The position numbers and the translations under genes were made by a program. The notes under the pieces are model-generated. The model was given only the letters and a program-made list of their open reading frames with translations. It was not told the DNA's origin and did no database searches. This document shows, piece by piece, positions 8,949 through 17,900 of a stretch of DNA of 64,000 nt. Where the stretch lies: positions 46,811-110,810 of the forward strand of contig MFGA01000023.1 in the NCBI GenBank assembly GCA_001778095.1, in the 5' to 3' direction. This stretch comes from Candidatus Falkowbacteria bacterium RIFOXYA2_FULL_38_12 (GTDB lineage Bacteria; Patescibacteriota; Patescibacteriia; XYB2-FULL-38-15). Within the stretch, counting starts at the first letter, position 1, and each line of letters begins with the position of its first letter.

Positions 8949-9992
8949 TTACCCCGTCCAGTAAAAAGCCATGATAGAAAAATCCACTATATTTATTTTT
9001 CCATCGTTATTTAATTTTTCCGCTTCTATTTTTTTAAAATCTGACGATAGGCTTCGTTTATACCAATAAGCGGCTATAGAAAAATCTATAAGATTAACTT
9101 TAAGGTCTCTGTTCAAATCTCCCTTAATTGAGATCTTTGTTGGCGCTTGATCCGATTCCGTTTCGGTTCCAACGGCAAAATTTACGGTTTTACTGAAAGA
9201 GCTAACCCCTCCTTCAAGAGCGGCCTTTGATTTTGTAGAATGCTTTCCCATCTCCAAGGGCGAAGTATCAAAGTTATATAAATATATACCTTCTTTGTCA
9301 GCATTTGTTTTTACAAAAAATTCTTCTTCTGAATTAACTGAAATTGTAACTTCAGCATTAGATGCGCTTTGACCGAAAATAGCAATATCTTCTCCTCTTT
9401 CAACAACGCTTTTATCAACTGCGATGGAGGGAGAAATAAAAATTCCACTTACTTGCGTCATCGCTCCTCTCGTAATAAAAACCGGAAATGTAAATAAGCT
9501 TGAACGCCTTCCCTGATTGTCTTCGCCATAAACGCCAAAAATATAATTTCCCGAAGACAAACCGGAAAGAGAAGCATTAAAGTTAGAATCCGGACCGGCA
9601 ATAGTAGTCAAAACAAGCTGGCCGTCTTTTAATATTCCGACCTTGCTTAATGGGTAGGCTCTTCCGGAAAAAATAACACTGGTGATAACAGCATCTCCTC
9701 CACCGCCTCCACTCCCACCGCCACCGCCGGATGTACAAGAAGAAGTATTAAAAGTACAATTTGCGTTGCACAACAAAGATCCGCCGGCATATCCTTTACT
9801 TACACAACTTGATCCAGCCAAATCAACTCCATCGCATTCTTCTCCCGACTCTTGAACATCATTCCCGCACAAAGCAAGAATTTCAATTCTTAAATTGGTC
9901 ACCCCGGAAACTGACGCGCCTTTTGGAAAAAAAATAAGAACGCAAAAAATAGCGAAGAAGAAAAAATATTTTATTTTTGATAAGAAAACCAT
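8949..9992 (-). CDS. secreted Cys-rich protein with C-terminal dockerin-like domain
   Basis: Signal peptide. CGNDVQESGEECDGVD...C matches the Myxococcus-type cysteine-rich repeat pattern C-G-N-x-x-x-E-x-G-E-E-C-D, followed by a Gly10 linker. The C-terminus GDLNRDLKVNLIDFSIAAYWYKRS...EKLNNDGKINIVDFSIMAFYW forms two dockerin-type calcium-binding repeats (D.N.DGK.N..D). Confidence 0.6.
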   Translation of the reverse strand: MVFLSKIKYFFFFAIFCVLIFFPKGASVSGVTNLRIEILALCGNDVQESGEECDGVDLAGSSCVSKGYAGGSLLCNANCTFNTSSCTSGGGGGSGGGGGDAVITSVIFSGRAYPLSKVGILKDGQLVLTTIAGPDSNFNASLSGLSSGNYIFGVYGEDNQGRRSSLFTFPVFITRGAMTQVSGIFISPSIAVDKSVVERGEDIAIFGQSASNAEVTISVNSEEEFFVKTNADKEGIYLYNFDTSPLEMGKHSTKSKAALEGGVSSFSKTVNFAVGTETESDQAPTKISIKGDLNRDLKVNLIDFSIAAYWYKRSLSSDFKKIEAEKLNNDGKINIVDFSIMAFYWTG

Positions 9993-9998
9993 AATTGG

Positions 9999-12900
9999 CT
10001 AATTAACGGCCGTAATGGTCAATACCATATCAATATCATAATCACTGGCGATTCCTTGTTCTCCGGGAATTTTTTGACTTATGGAAACCCCCTGCAACAC
10101 CCAATCACCGATGTCATCAGAACTAGCCGCTCCGGCAAGAATAGTAATGCTATTAACTGGTGTTTCGGCAACGGCATCAAAGGATGCCGAGGAACCCTTG
10201 GAAACATTATCAGTATCGCAAGCTCCACACTGACCGACCGTTAAAGTCGCAGTGGAAGGATTCACTGTCATTTGACCACCCACGGAATCGGCGTCATCAA
10301 CATCAACAGTATCAGTACATCCACCGCCTCCCGGGTCATTATAATCAAAATCGGAAGCCGCGCCATCCCAAACGTCTGTCGCCGGAGTTTCCGCCGCTAG
10401 AGTCAATGTCCAACCATTATTGGCGCCATTGTTATTATTAACATAAATTCGTTCCGTATTGGTGCCAAAGGAACCGGTTGTTGTCTGGCAAGCAAGACTA
10501 AATGCTCCCGAGCTCATCGCCATAGTCGGCGAACCAACCGAACTATAACCGACATTAACAATATCTGTGATTAAAAAGGCGTCGCTTTCTATAGTAATAA
10601 CCCCGGAAGAATAATCGTTCACGTCAAGGGCTATTCCATCGCTTGTTATACCATAGACATAGTACTCGCCGGCAACCATGCCCGTAGTATCCCACTCGCA
10701 AGTCGTCCCTCCTATTCCCTCAACTTGATTTTGGCATTCGTCTATTGCCGTTCCATCCAATCCACTCCCTGTAGAGTCATAATAAAAATCAACTGTAACA
10801 ACTTGTTCTCCATCGCTTAAACCGTAGGTGATATTAAAAGTATCTCCAATAGTAACCGTATCTGATATTCCATCTGGTTGAGAAATACTTAGAGAGGGGG
10901 CATTATTACTAGTTAAATCAATGACAGTATTCCCCATAAGATTATCTAAATCATTGTTGTACCAAACAGCATATAATCTTTCCTTATTCAACAAATTTCC
11001 TCTTAAATATCTAATATCATCAACCATCCCGCTTCCCAGCGCGCTTGATTCGGATCCCCAGTTGGCCCCGCCATCTGTAGATAATTTGTAATACACATTC
11101 ACGCTCGCATCCAGGGTTCCGCGCAAATACGCAACATAAATATTTTTATTGTCAACTTCATAATTTTGGTCAGTTATTGGCACCGGCATCATTACCGTCG
11201 CGTCATTTGTAAATAAATTTGTTTTTTGAGTAAATCCGTCTTCCCTCGAAAAATCATCAAAGTTCCAAAGTTCAATATTATTAGAAGAATCATCAGTGTA
11301 ATCTGCTAGAGCTAAAAAAACATCTCCAGTAGTTTTATTAATGGTGGCAGAGAACCATTGATCATAAATTGTATGATCCACTAAAGTAGCTATACTAGAC
11401 CAAGAATCCGGCCAAGTGTCAGCGGTTTCATTATAAATTTGATATTTAATCGCATTGTTAGCCGTTTGAGCTTTAATGGCAATAATGTCATCTCCAGTTT
11501 TAAGGGGAAGAAGTTGAATTTGATCACGCGCTACCGAGCTCCAAGTTGAGGGGGTTATATCGCTCCAAGTATCACCGACACCGTCGGTTGACTTGGAAAC
11601 TTTCCCTCCGACAGTATCAGTAAAATTGGCAGAAACAAATAACGCCCCGCCCGCCCCTCTTGTAATGCTTGGTGGGCCATCAACTGATTCGGTTATAGTG
11701 GTTGTTCCGGAAACAGCCATAACCACACTTCCCTTTAAAGTATCAGTGCTGGTATCAAGGTATGTATAATAGATATCATCCGAAGAATCGTCCGAAACTG
11801 CAATATGAATTTTTGTTCCACTAATATCGCCCGGGGTCCACTGATCATACCAAACCGAAATAGATGTACCATACACAGAGCCATCTATTGAGGTTGCTAT
11901 GTTATCCCAATTTTTTCCTCCATCCGTCGTTTTTTTATATGAAAAATATTCCGCAACGTCAATATAAAAAACATAACCAATTTGGTCAGTAGTAAAAACG
12001 ACCGAAGGAGATGGAGAAAATTCATCAGTAGTATCGGTAATTGAGGCGTCAATACTTACCTCAATCCCTGTCATTACAGTACTGCCATAAATATCATTTA
12101 GATCATCGTTGTACCAAACGATGTAAAGACGGCCATCGCTCAAAAAATTTCCGCGCAAAGATTTATGATCATCTCCAAACTCATTTAGCCTCACTGATTC
12201 GTCGCTCCAGGTACTCCCGCCATTAGCAGATTTTTTAAAATAGACATGCATGGTGTCTCCTAGCGTTCCCCGCAAATAAGAAACATAAATATCTCCATTA
12301 TTTTCATCTATAATGGGTACCGGCATCATTACTGTTGCATCATTATTAAATAAATTAGTTTGTTTGGAAAAACCTCCGCCCCGGCTACTGTCATCAAAAC
12401 TCCAAAACTCAATATCGTTAGTGGAGTCGCCTGTATAGCTTGCAAAGGTTAAAAAAACATCACCCGTTGATTTTTTAATAGACGCCGAAAACCATTGATC
12501 ATAAGTAGTATTTTCAACTAATGTAGCTATATTAGACCAAGAATCCGGCCAAGTATCGTTTGTTTCATCATAAATTTGATATTTAATGGCATCTGATCCG
12601 GTTTCGTCTTTGATGGCAATAATATCATTTCCGGTCTTGAGCGATAAAAGTTGAATTTGATCAATATTTACAGAGCTCCAAGTTGAGGGAGTAATATTAC
12701 CCCAAGTATCGCCGGCGCCATCGGTTGATTTGGAAATTTTTCCTCCGGCAGTGTTTGTAAAATTTCCTGATAAAAATAGGGCTCCTCCAGCGCCTTTTGT
12801 AATACCGGGCGAGCCGTCGTCATCCTCATCCAAGGTTGTTGTTCCGGAAATAACGCTTACCATGCTTCCTTTTAAAGTATCCGTGCTTGTATCAAGGAAA

Positions 12901-13460
12901 GTATAAAAAATATCGTCGGAAGCGTCATCGGAAGCGGCAATGTGAATTTTTGTTCCGGTAGTATCTCCCGGCGTCCATTGGTCGTACCAGACGGCAACCT
13001 TGGTCCATCCGGTGGTAGCTGAATCAATCGTAACTACCAAACCCCATGAAACTCCGCCATCAGCTGTTACTTTATAAACCAAATCTTGAGTGCTCGCGTC
13101 AATATAAAAAATATAACCGATCAAGCTGGTGGTAAAAACGACTGAAGGCGACGGACCATATTCGTCAGTGGCGTCGAGAGTAGTCGTATCAATCGTGCTC
13201 TCCGCCGCTTGCGCTTCTTCGGTTTCTGAAAAAAATAAAAACTGCGACCAGTTTGAAAAAATGAAAACAAAAATAAATAAAAAAACAAAAAAATCGCGCA
13301 AAAACTTTTTTTGCGCTAAAAAAACAAAACTAAATATTTTCAAGACTGTCTGCAAATATTTTTTCATTTCTCTTCCTATTTTTAGCGCGTGATTTTGTGC
13401 GGATTGAAATACTTTATTCAATAGGAGGCACTTTGATTTTTTCTCCTTCCTTGAGGCCAT
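9999..13460 (-). CDS. large secreted BNR/Asp-box repeat protein (two tandem ~390-aa propeller-like repeats) with C-terminal WxL-like domain
   Basis: Repeated S/T-x-D-G-x-x-W motifs (TADGGVSWG, STDGAGDTWG, SANGGSTWS, TTDGGKNWD, STDGVGDTWS, STDGGANWG). The two halves are ~60% identical. The C-terminal ~190 aa is ~75% identical to ORF 14583-15308 and carries NGWTLTLAA and DWVLQGV motifs. The start may instead be MKKYLQ at 13367; 13460 overlaps the upstream gene by 47 nt. Confidence 0.7.
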   Translation of the reverse strand: MASRKEKKSKCLLLNKVFQSAQNHALKIGREMKKYLQTVLKIFSFVFLAQKKFLRDFFVFLFIFVFIFSNWSQFLFFSETEEAQAAESTIDTTTLDATDEYGPSPSVVFTTSLIGYIFYIDASTQDLVYKVTADGGVSWGLVVTIDSATTGWTKVAVWYDQWTPGDTTGTKIHIAASDDASDDIFYTFLDTSTDTLKGSMVSVISGTTTLDEDDDGSPGITKGAGGALFLSGNFTNTAGGKISKSTDGAGDTWGNITPSTWSSVNIDQIQLLSLKTGNDIIAIKDETGSDAIKYQIYDETNDTWPDSWSNIATLVENTTYDQWFSASIKKSTGDVFLTFASYTGDSTNDIEFWSFDDSSRGGGFSKQTNLFNNDATVMMPVPIIDENNGDIYVSYLRGTLGDTMHVYFKKSANGGSTWSDESVRLNEFGDDHKSLRGNFLSDGRLYIVWYNDDLNDIYGSTVMTGIEVSIDASITDTTDEFSPSPSVVFTTDQIGYVFYIDVAEYFSYKKTTDGGKNWDNIATSIDGSVYGTSISVWYDQWTPGDISGTKIHIAVSDDSSDDIYYTYLDTSTDTLKGSVVMAVSGTTTITESVDGPPSITRGAGGALFVSANFTDTVGGKVSKSTDGVGDTWSDITPSTWSSVARDQIQLLPLKTGDDIIAIKAQTANNAIKYQIYNETADTWPDSWSSIATLVDHTIYDQWFSATINKTTGDVFLALADYTDDSSNNIELWNFDDFSREDGFTQKTNLFTNDATVMMPVPITDQNYEVDNKNIYVAYLRGTLDASVNVYYKLSTDGGANWGSESSALGSGMVDDIRYLRGNLLNKERLYAVWYNNDLDNLMGNTVIDLTSNNAPSLSISQPDGISDTVTIGDTFNITYGLSDGEQVVTVDFYYDSTGSGLDGTAIDECQNQVEGIGGTTCEWDTTGMVAGEYYVYGITSDGIALDVNDYSSGVITIESDAFLITDIVNVGYSSVGSPTMAMSSGAFSLACQTTTGSFGTNTERIYVNNNNGANNGWTLTLAAETPATDVWDGAASDFDYNDPGGGGCTDTVDVDDADSVGGQMTVNPSTATLTVGQCGACDTDNVSKGSSASFDAVAETPVNSITILAGAASSDDIGDWVLQGVSISQKIPGEQGIASDYDIDMVLTITAVN

Positions 13461-14565
13461 AAGGCGGTTGCAGTTTATTAACTTTAACCATTAGTTTCCA
13501 TGAAACGTTAAATTTCTTGGCTAGATCCTGAATTCCTTCTCCGGGATAGACTTCACAAACTATCCAATTTTTTTTGATCCACCTTTTTCTTTTTCGTGAT
13601 AACCATAAAAGGAAAATACTGAAAAATATAACTAAAAGAACGACTATCTCTATCGCTAATGCCGGAGCTTTAGGAAAGCTCCAAAACCAAACCGACGGAC
13701 CTTCGAGCCGAGTAATAAATTTTCCGCTCTTCACTCCCACTCCGGCTTCCGAATTATTGTCATACTCAACAACAAAATTAGAACGGAATAATCCGCCCCA
13801 GAACGGTTTTTTAAGCTCAAAATTCCAATCTGACGTTTCTCCGCGCAAAATCGGATATTCTCCGCCGTGGATAAAATAGGTTGATCCAAAAAAATATTTT
13901 GTTATCACTCTTGCGTTCGCTTCAATGGAAACGTTTCCTGTATTTTTCACAAAAGGACGCAACAAAAAACCATTTTTATCCGGTTTCACCGTAAAACCGA
14001 CAATTTCCACTTTCCGCACAAGAGTTCCCGGAATTGTGATAGCCACCCTAAGTCCTGTCCGAAAAGACAAGCTGGCGCCACTCCCGGCTTTAGCTTTTTC
14101 CTTTTTCTCTTGCATGACAATACAACCATTGTGTTCGCCAACGCTGGCGTTTTGAGGAACATTTATGGTAAACGGCACAATTTCACTTGTTCCGGGTGCA
14201 AGTGTTACTTCTGTTTTAAGAAGATTCATCCAAGCGCCAACATCTTTTTTTGCTTCTGAAGCTTGAGCGCAAGCAAAAGCTCCACCCGTAGATGGGGTGG
14301 AGTCAACTCCGTAAACAAGTATTGTTTTAGCTTCAGCGGAATTATTTACAGTCAATACACCTTCTTCCTGAATATCGCCCGGCTCAAGCGTGTGAATGAA
14401 GATAGATTCTGTGTGCGAATTTTCCTCTCTGGGATATGCCGGTCTTCCACCAAAGCCACCATACTCAATAGCTGAAACATTTCCGGCAAACAGTACTATC
14501 GTTAAAATTGCTAAAACAAAGCTAAAAAATCTTGATTTTTTGTTTTTAGCTCTCAATTTTTTCAT
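13414..14565 (-). CDS. cell-surface protein with signal peptide, beta-rich ectodomain, C-terminal TM and post-TM LysM domain (CscA/DUF916-like architecture)
   Basis: Signal FFSFVLAILTIVLFAGNVSA; TM LAIEIVVLLVIFFSIFLLWL followed by KRKRW; C-terminal CEVYPGEGIQDLAKKFNVSWKLMVKVNKLQPPYGLKEGEKIKVP matches LysM. The family call is by architecture and context only. Confidence 0.5.
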   Translation of the reverse strand: MKKLRAKNKKSRFFSFVLAILTIVLFAGNVSAIEYGGFGGRPAYPREENSHTESIFIHTLEPGDIQEEGVLTVNNSAEAKTILVYGVDSTPSTGGAFACAQASEAKKDVGAWMNLLKTEVTLAPGTSEIVPFTINVPQNASVGEHNGCIVMQEKKEKAKAGSGASLSFRTGLRVAITIPGTLVRKVEIVGFTVKPDKNGFLLRPFVKNTGNVSIEANARVITKYFFGSTYFIHGGEYPILRGETSDWNFELKKPFWGGLFRSNFVVEYDNNSEAGVGVKSGKFITRLEGPSVWFWSFPKAPALAIEIVVLLVIFFSIFLLWLSRKRKRWIKKNWIVCEVYPGEGIQDLAKKFNVSWKLMVKVNKLQPPYGLKEGEKIKVPPIE

Positions 14566-14582
14566 AGTTTAATACCCCCTTA

Positions 14583-15308
14583 TTATCCAGCGGCTACAAT
14601 TGAAAGAACCATATTAATATCGTAATCAGCCGCAGCTGCTTGTTCTGCGGGGATTTTCTGGCTTATAGCGACGCCCTGCAATGTCCAATCGCCAATATCA
14701 TCAGAACCGGCCGCTCCGGTAAGAACAGTGATACTATTGACTGGGGCAACATCAACAGCATCAAAAGCCGCCGAAGAACCTTTTGTGACATTAGTAACCA
14801 CACAACTTGCACATTGACCAACGGCTAAAGTTCCTGCCGCAGGATTGACTGTCATTTGACCACCGACCAAATCAACATCATCGTCATCGGTTGTATCAGT
14901 GCAACCGGAACCAGCGGGGTCGTTGTAATCAAAATCCGAGGCCGCGCCATCCCAGACATCCGTAGCCGGGGTTGCCGCCGCCAAACTTAATGTCCAACCG
15001 CCATCAGCGGCATCCGGATTTGTAACGTAAATCTGCTCTGATGCCGTGCCGAAAGAACCGGTTACGGTTTGACAAACCAAACTGAAATTTGCCGAACTCA
15101 TTGCCATTGTCGGACTGCCTACGGTAACATAAGTACCGTTAACAATATCTGTGGCAAGAGTACCGGCACCGATTGTTTGAGTAAAATTCGATGTTGACGA
15201 GGCAAAAACATAAGTGATGCCCCCAAATCCTCCGGCAACTATGATTGCTAGCGCCAAAGCGATTGCAATGTTTAGCCGTCTTAGGGCTTTTTGAACTAAT
15301 TTGTTCAT
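14583..15308 (-). CDS. small secreted WxL-like domain protein (paralog of the C-terminus of the 1153-aa protein)
   Basis: Signal/TM AIALALAIIVAGG, then a ~190-aa domain containing GGWTLSLAAATP and IGDWTLQGVAIS. The DNA is ~75% identical to 9999-10570. Confidence 0.6.
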   Translation of the reverse strand: MNKLVQKALRRLNIAIALALAIIVAGGFGGITYVFASSTSNFTQTIGAGTLATDIVNGTYVTVGSPTMAMSSANFSLVCQTVTGSFGTASEQIYVTNPDAADGGWTLSLAAATPATDVWDGAASDFDYNDPAGSGCTDTTDDDDVDLVGGQMTVNPAAGTLAVGQCASCVVTNVTKGSSAAFDAVDVAPVNSITVLTGAAGSDDIGDWTLQGVAISQKIPAEQAAAADYDINMVLSIVAAG

Positions 15309-15518
15309 AAAATTAATAAGCTAATTTAATTATATTTATTTAATAAAATGCTATACGCAAAACTTATCCACAGGGGAAATCTTATTTATATATTATAGCA
15401 CAATAACCAATAAGTAAGAATATTTTGTAAAGTCAACTGTCGGGAATCTTTTATAATTGTTTTATCCGGTTAATTTTGCTATCCTAGTATAATATTTAAA
15501 AAAAATAATCAAGAAAAA

Positions 15519-17900
15519 ATGTTAAAAAATTTTCTAAAAAAATATCTTTTATCTTTTGTTGTGTTTCTGACCGGAGGCGCGGTTCTGATTATTGAATTGG
15601 CGGCAACGAGAATTCTCTCTCCGTATTTTGGCAACACAATTTTTACCGTCTCCAGTATTATCAGCGTTATTTTAGGCGCGTTGAGCCTGGGCTATTATTT
15701 TGGCGGAAGACTGGCAGATCGTCGACCTTCTTTAAAATTATTTTTTTCAATTATTCTTTTTAGTGGCGTGTGCGTTATTATTTTAAAATTAATCATTGCT
15801 TCAATTTTACCAAAAATCGGCTATGCTTTTTCCTCAACCAACGGACCACTCGTTTTGTCTTTATTTTTATTTTTCTTTCCCAGTCTTTTGCTCGGCACCC
15901 TCTCCCCTTTTGCCGCAAAATTGCAAGAGGTTAGCCAGCCTGAATCCGGCATTGGCAAAATAACCGGCGGAATTTTCTTTTGGTCAACTTTGGGCAGCAT
16001 TGCCGGCAGTCTTCTTACCGGCTTCTTTTTGATTCCGCATTTCGGCGTAGCGGAAATTATCGGCGCGACCGGAATGGGGCTTACTCTCTTGGGGCTTGTT
16101 CCTCTTTTTATTTTAGGATTCAAGAAAAAAAATATTGTTGATTCAGCGTTATTGATTCTCCTTATCTTGGGTCTATTTTTTATCTCGCAAACACCGGAAA
16201 TAAGCGCTGAAAATAACATTGTTTTTCAAAAAGACGGCGTTTATGAAGAAATCACCGTTTACAATAATACCTATGCCGAAAAACCAGCGCTTTTTTTAAA
16301 ACAAGATAGGAGTCAATCGGCGGCGATGTTTTTGGATTCAGATGAACTAGTTTTTGATTACACAAAATATTATTCTCTTTACAAAATATTAAAACCAGAT
16401 CTGAAGGAAGCTCTGTTTATCGGTGGCGGAGCTTATTCAATGCCAAAAGCCTTGCTTGCCGAAACTGTGGATACCAAAATAGACGTCTCGGAAATTGAGC
16501 CGTCTCTTTTTGATTTGGGAAAAAAATACTTTCGCGTTCCGGACGATCCAAGACTTAAGAATTATATCGAAGATGGCCGAAGATTTCTTCATGATTCAAA
16601 TAAAAAATACGACTTTATTTTCAGCGATGTTTATTCTTCTTTTTATTCAGTACCGACGCACTTCACCACCAAGGAATTTTTTACGATAGCTAAAAATAAA
16701 TTAAGCGACGATGGAATTATTTTGGGAAATTTTATTGGCAGTCTTTCCCGCGCCGGAGATTCGCTTTTATTTTCCGAAATAAAAACATTTCAAACTGTTT
16801 TCCCCAACAGTTATTTTTTCGCCGTGAGATCGCCCTCCATAGCCGAAGCCCAGAATATTATTTTTTTGGGTTGGAATGGCGACAAAAAAATAGATTTTAA
16901 TGATCCCTTAATTAAAGAATTTCCCAATGAGATAATAAAAAATTTATCCGCAAAAAATATTGATATCAGTCGGTTTGAACTTTCAAAATACAAAGAATTG
17001 ACCGACAACCATTCCCCGACCGACTATTTGACCGGAAAATTTATTAAAAATTTAAATAACACGAACGAGGGAGATGAAATGCTAGCGCTCGTCTCTCAAC
17101 AATTACGCTACGGTCCGCGCTTTTTGAGCTCCCCCGGGCATGAAAAAGTAAAAAAATTCATAGTCGCGGAAATGTCGGCAACCGGAGCAACGGTCAAAAC
17201 GCAGACGTGGGAACACCTTTCCGCCGACGGCAATAAAAATATTTTAACCAATATAATCGGTCAATTTAATCCAAAGGCGGAAAAAAGAATATTACTCGGA
17301 ACACATTATGATAGTAAAAAATTCGCCAATCTTGATAAGGAAAAACCAAACGACCCGATACCCGGCGCTAATGATTCCGCTTCCGGCACGGCCGTTCTTT
17401 TGGAACTTGCCCGCTACCTTGCAAATCAAGAAAAAATTCCCGAGATAGGTATTGACCTGGTTTTCTTTGATGGAGAAGAAGGAGAGGAAAATTTGGAGAT
17501 AACCGATTGGCGTCCGCTCGGATCCGAATATTTCGCCGAACATTTGGATGAAATTTATAAAAATAAAATAAAGCCCGCGGGAGGCATTATTGTTGACTTG
17601 GTTTGCGATAAAGATTTGAAGATAAAAAAAGAGCCCAGCTCGCTTATCTCGGCTCCCAAAGAAACAAACGCATTTTGGGAATTAACAAAAACCCTTAATT
17701 TAAGCGGATTTAGCGACGAAACAAGCCAAGAAATCCGAGACGACCACACCGCCTTGAATAAAGCCGGAATACCAACATTTTTAGTTATTGACTTTGATTA
17801 TCCTTATTTTCATACCACGCAAGATACTTTGGATAAGTGCAGCGCCAGAAGTCTTGAAAATGTTTTTGGCGCGGTGGTGGGTTATGTTTATGGTTTGTAA
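15519..17900 (+). CDS. fused polytopic membrane / spermidine-synthase-like / M28 peptidase (glutaminyl-cyclase-like) protein
   Basis: ~8 N-terminal TM helices; class-I methyltransferase-like spermidine synthase fold (LFIGGGAYSMP, DFIFSDVYSS); C-terminal M28 motifs HYDSK, GANDSASGTAVLLELAR and FFDGEEGE. Confidence 0.65.
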   Translation: MLKNFLKKYLLSFVVFLTGGAVLIIELAATRILSPYFGNTIFTVSSIISVILGALSLGYYFGGRLADRRPSLKLFFSIILFSGVCVIILKLIIASILPKIGYAFSSTNGPLVLSLFLFFFPSLLLGTLSPFAAKLQEVSQPESGIGKITGGIFFWSTLGSIAGSLLTGFFLIPHFGVAEIIGATGMGLTLLGLVPLFILGFKKKNIVDSALLILLILGLFFISQTPEISAENNIVFQKDGVYEEITVYNNTYAEKPALFLKQDRSQSAAMFLDSDELVFDYTKYYSLYKILKPDLKEALFIGGGAYSMPKALLAETVDTKIDVSEIEPSLFDLGKKYFRVPDDPRLKNYIEDGRRFLHDSNKKYDFIFSDVYSSFYSVPTHFTTKEFFTIAKNKLSDDGIILGNFIGSLSRAGDSLLFSEIKTFQTVFPNSYFFAVRSPSIAEAQNIIFLGWNGDKKIDFNDPLIKEFPNEIIKNLSAKNIDISRFELSKYKELTDNHSPTDYLTGKFIKNLNNTNEGDEMLALVSQQLRYGPRFLSSPGHEKVKKFIVAEMSATGATVKTQTWEHLSADGNKNILTNIIGQFNPKAEKRILLGTHYDSKKFANLDKEKPNDPIPGANDSASGTAVLLELARYLANQEKIPEIGIDLVFFDGEEGEENLEITDWRPLGSEYFAEHLDEIYKNKIKPAGGIIVDLVCDKDLKIKKEPSSLISAPKETNAFWELTKTLNLSGFSDETSQEIRDDHTALNKAGIPTFLVIDFDYPYFHTTQDTLDKCSARSLENVFGAVVGYVYGL

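Noticed and set aside
15821-16219. 132-aa antisense ORF inside the membrane/spermidine-synthase fusion gene
   Set aside because: It lies antisense within a confidently coding region with strong family motifs, and is Lys/Pro-rich and low-complexity.
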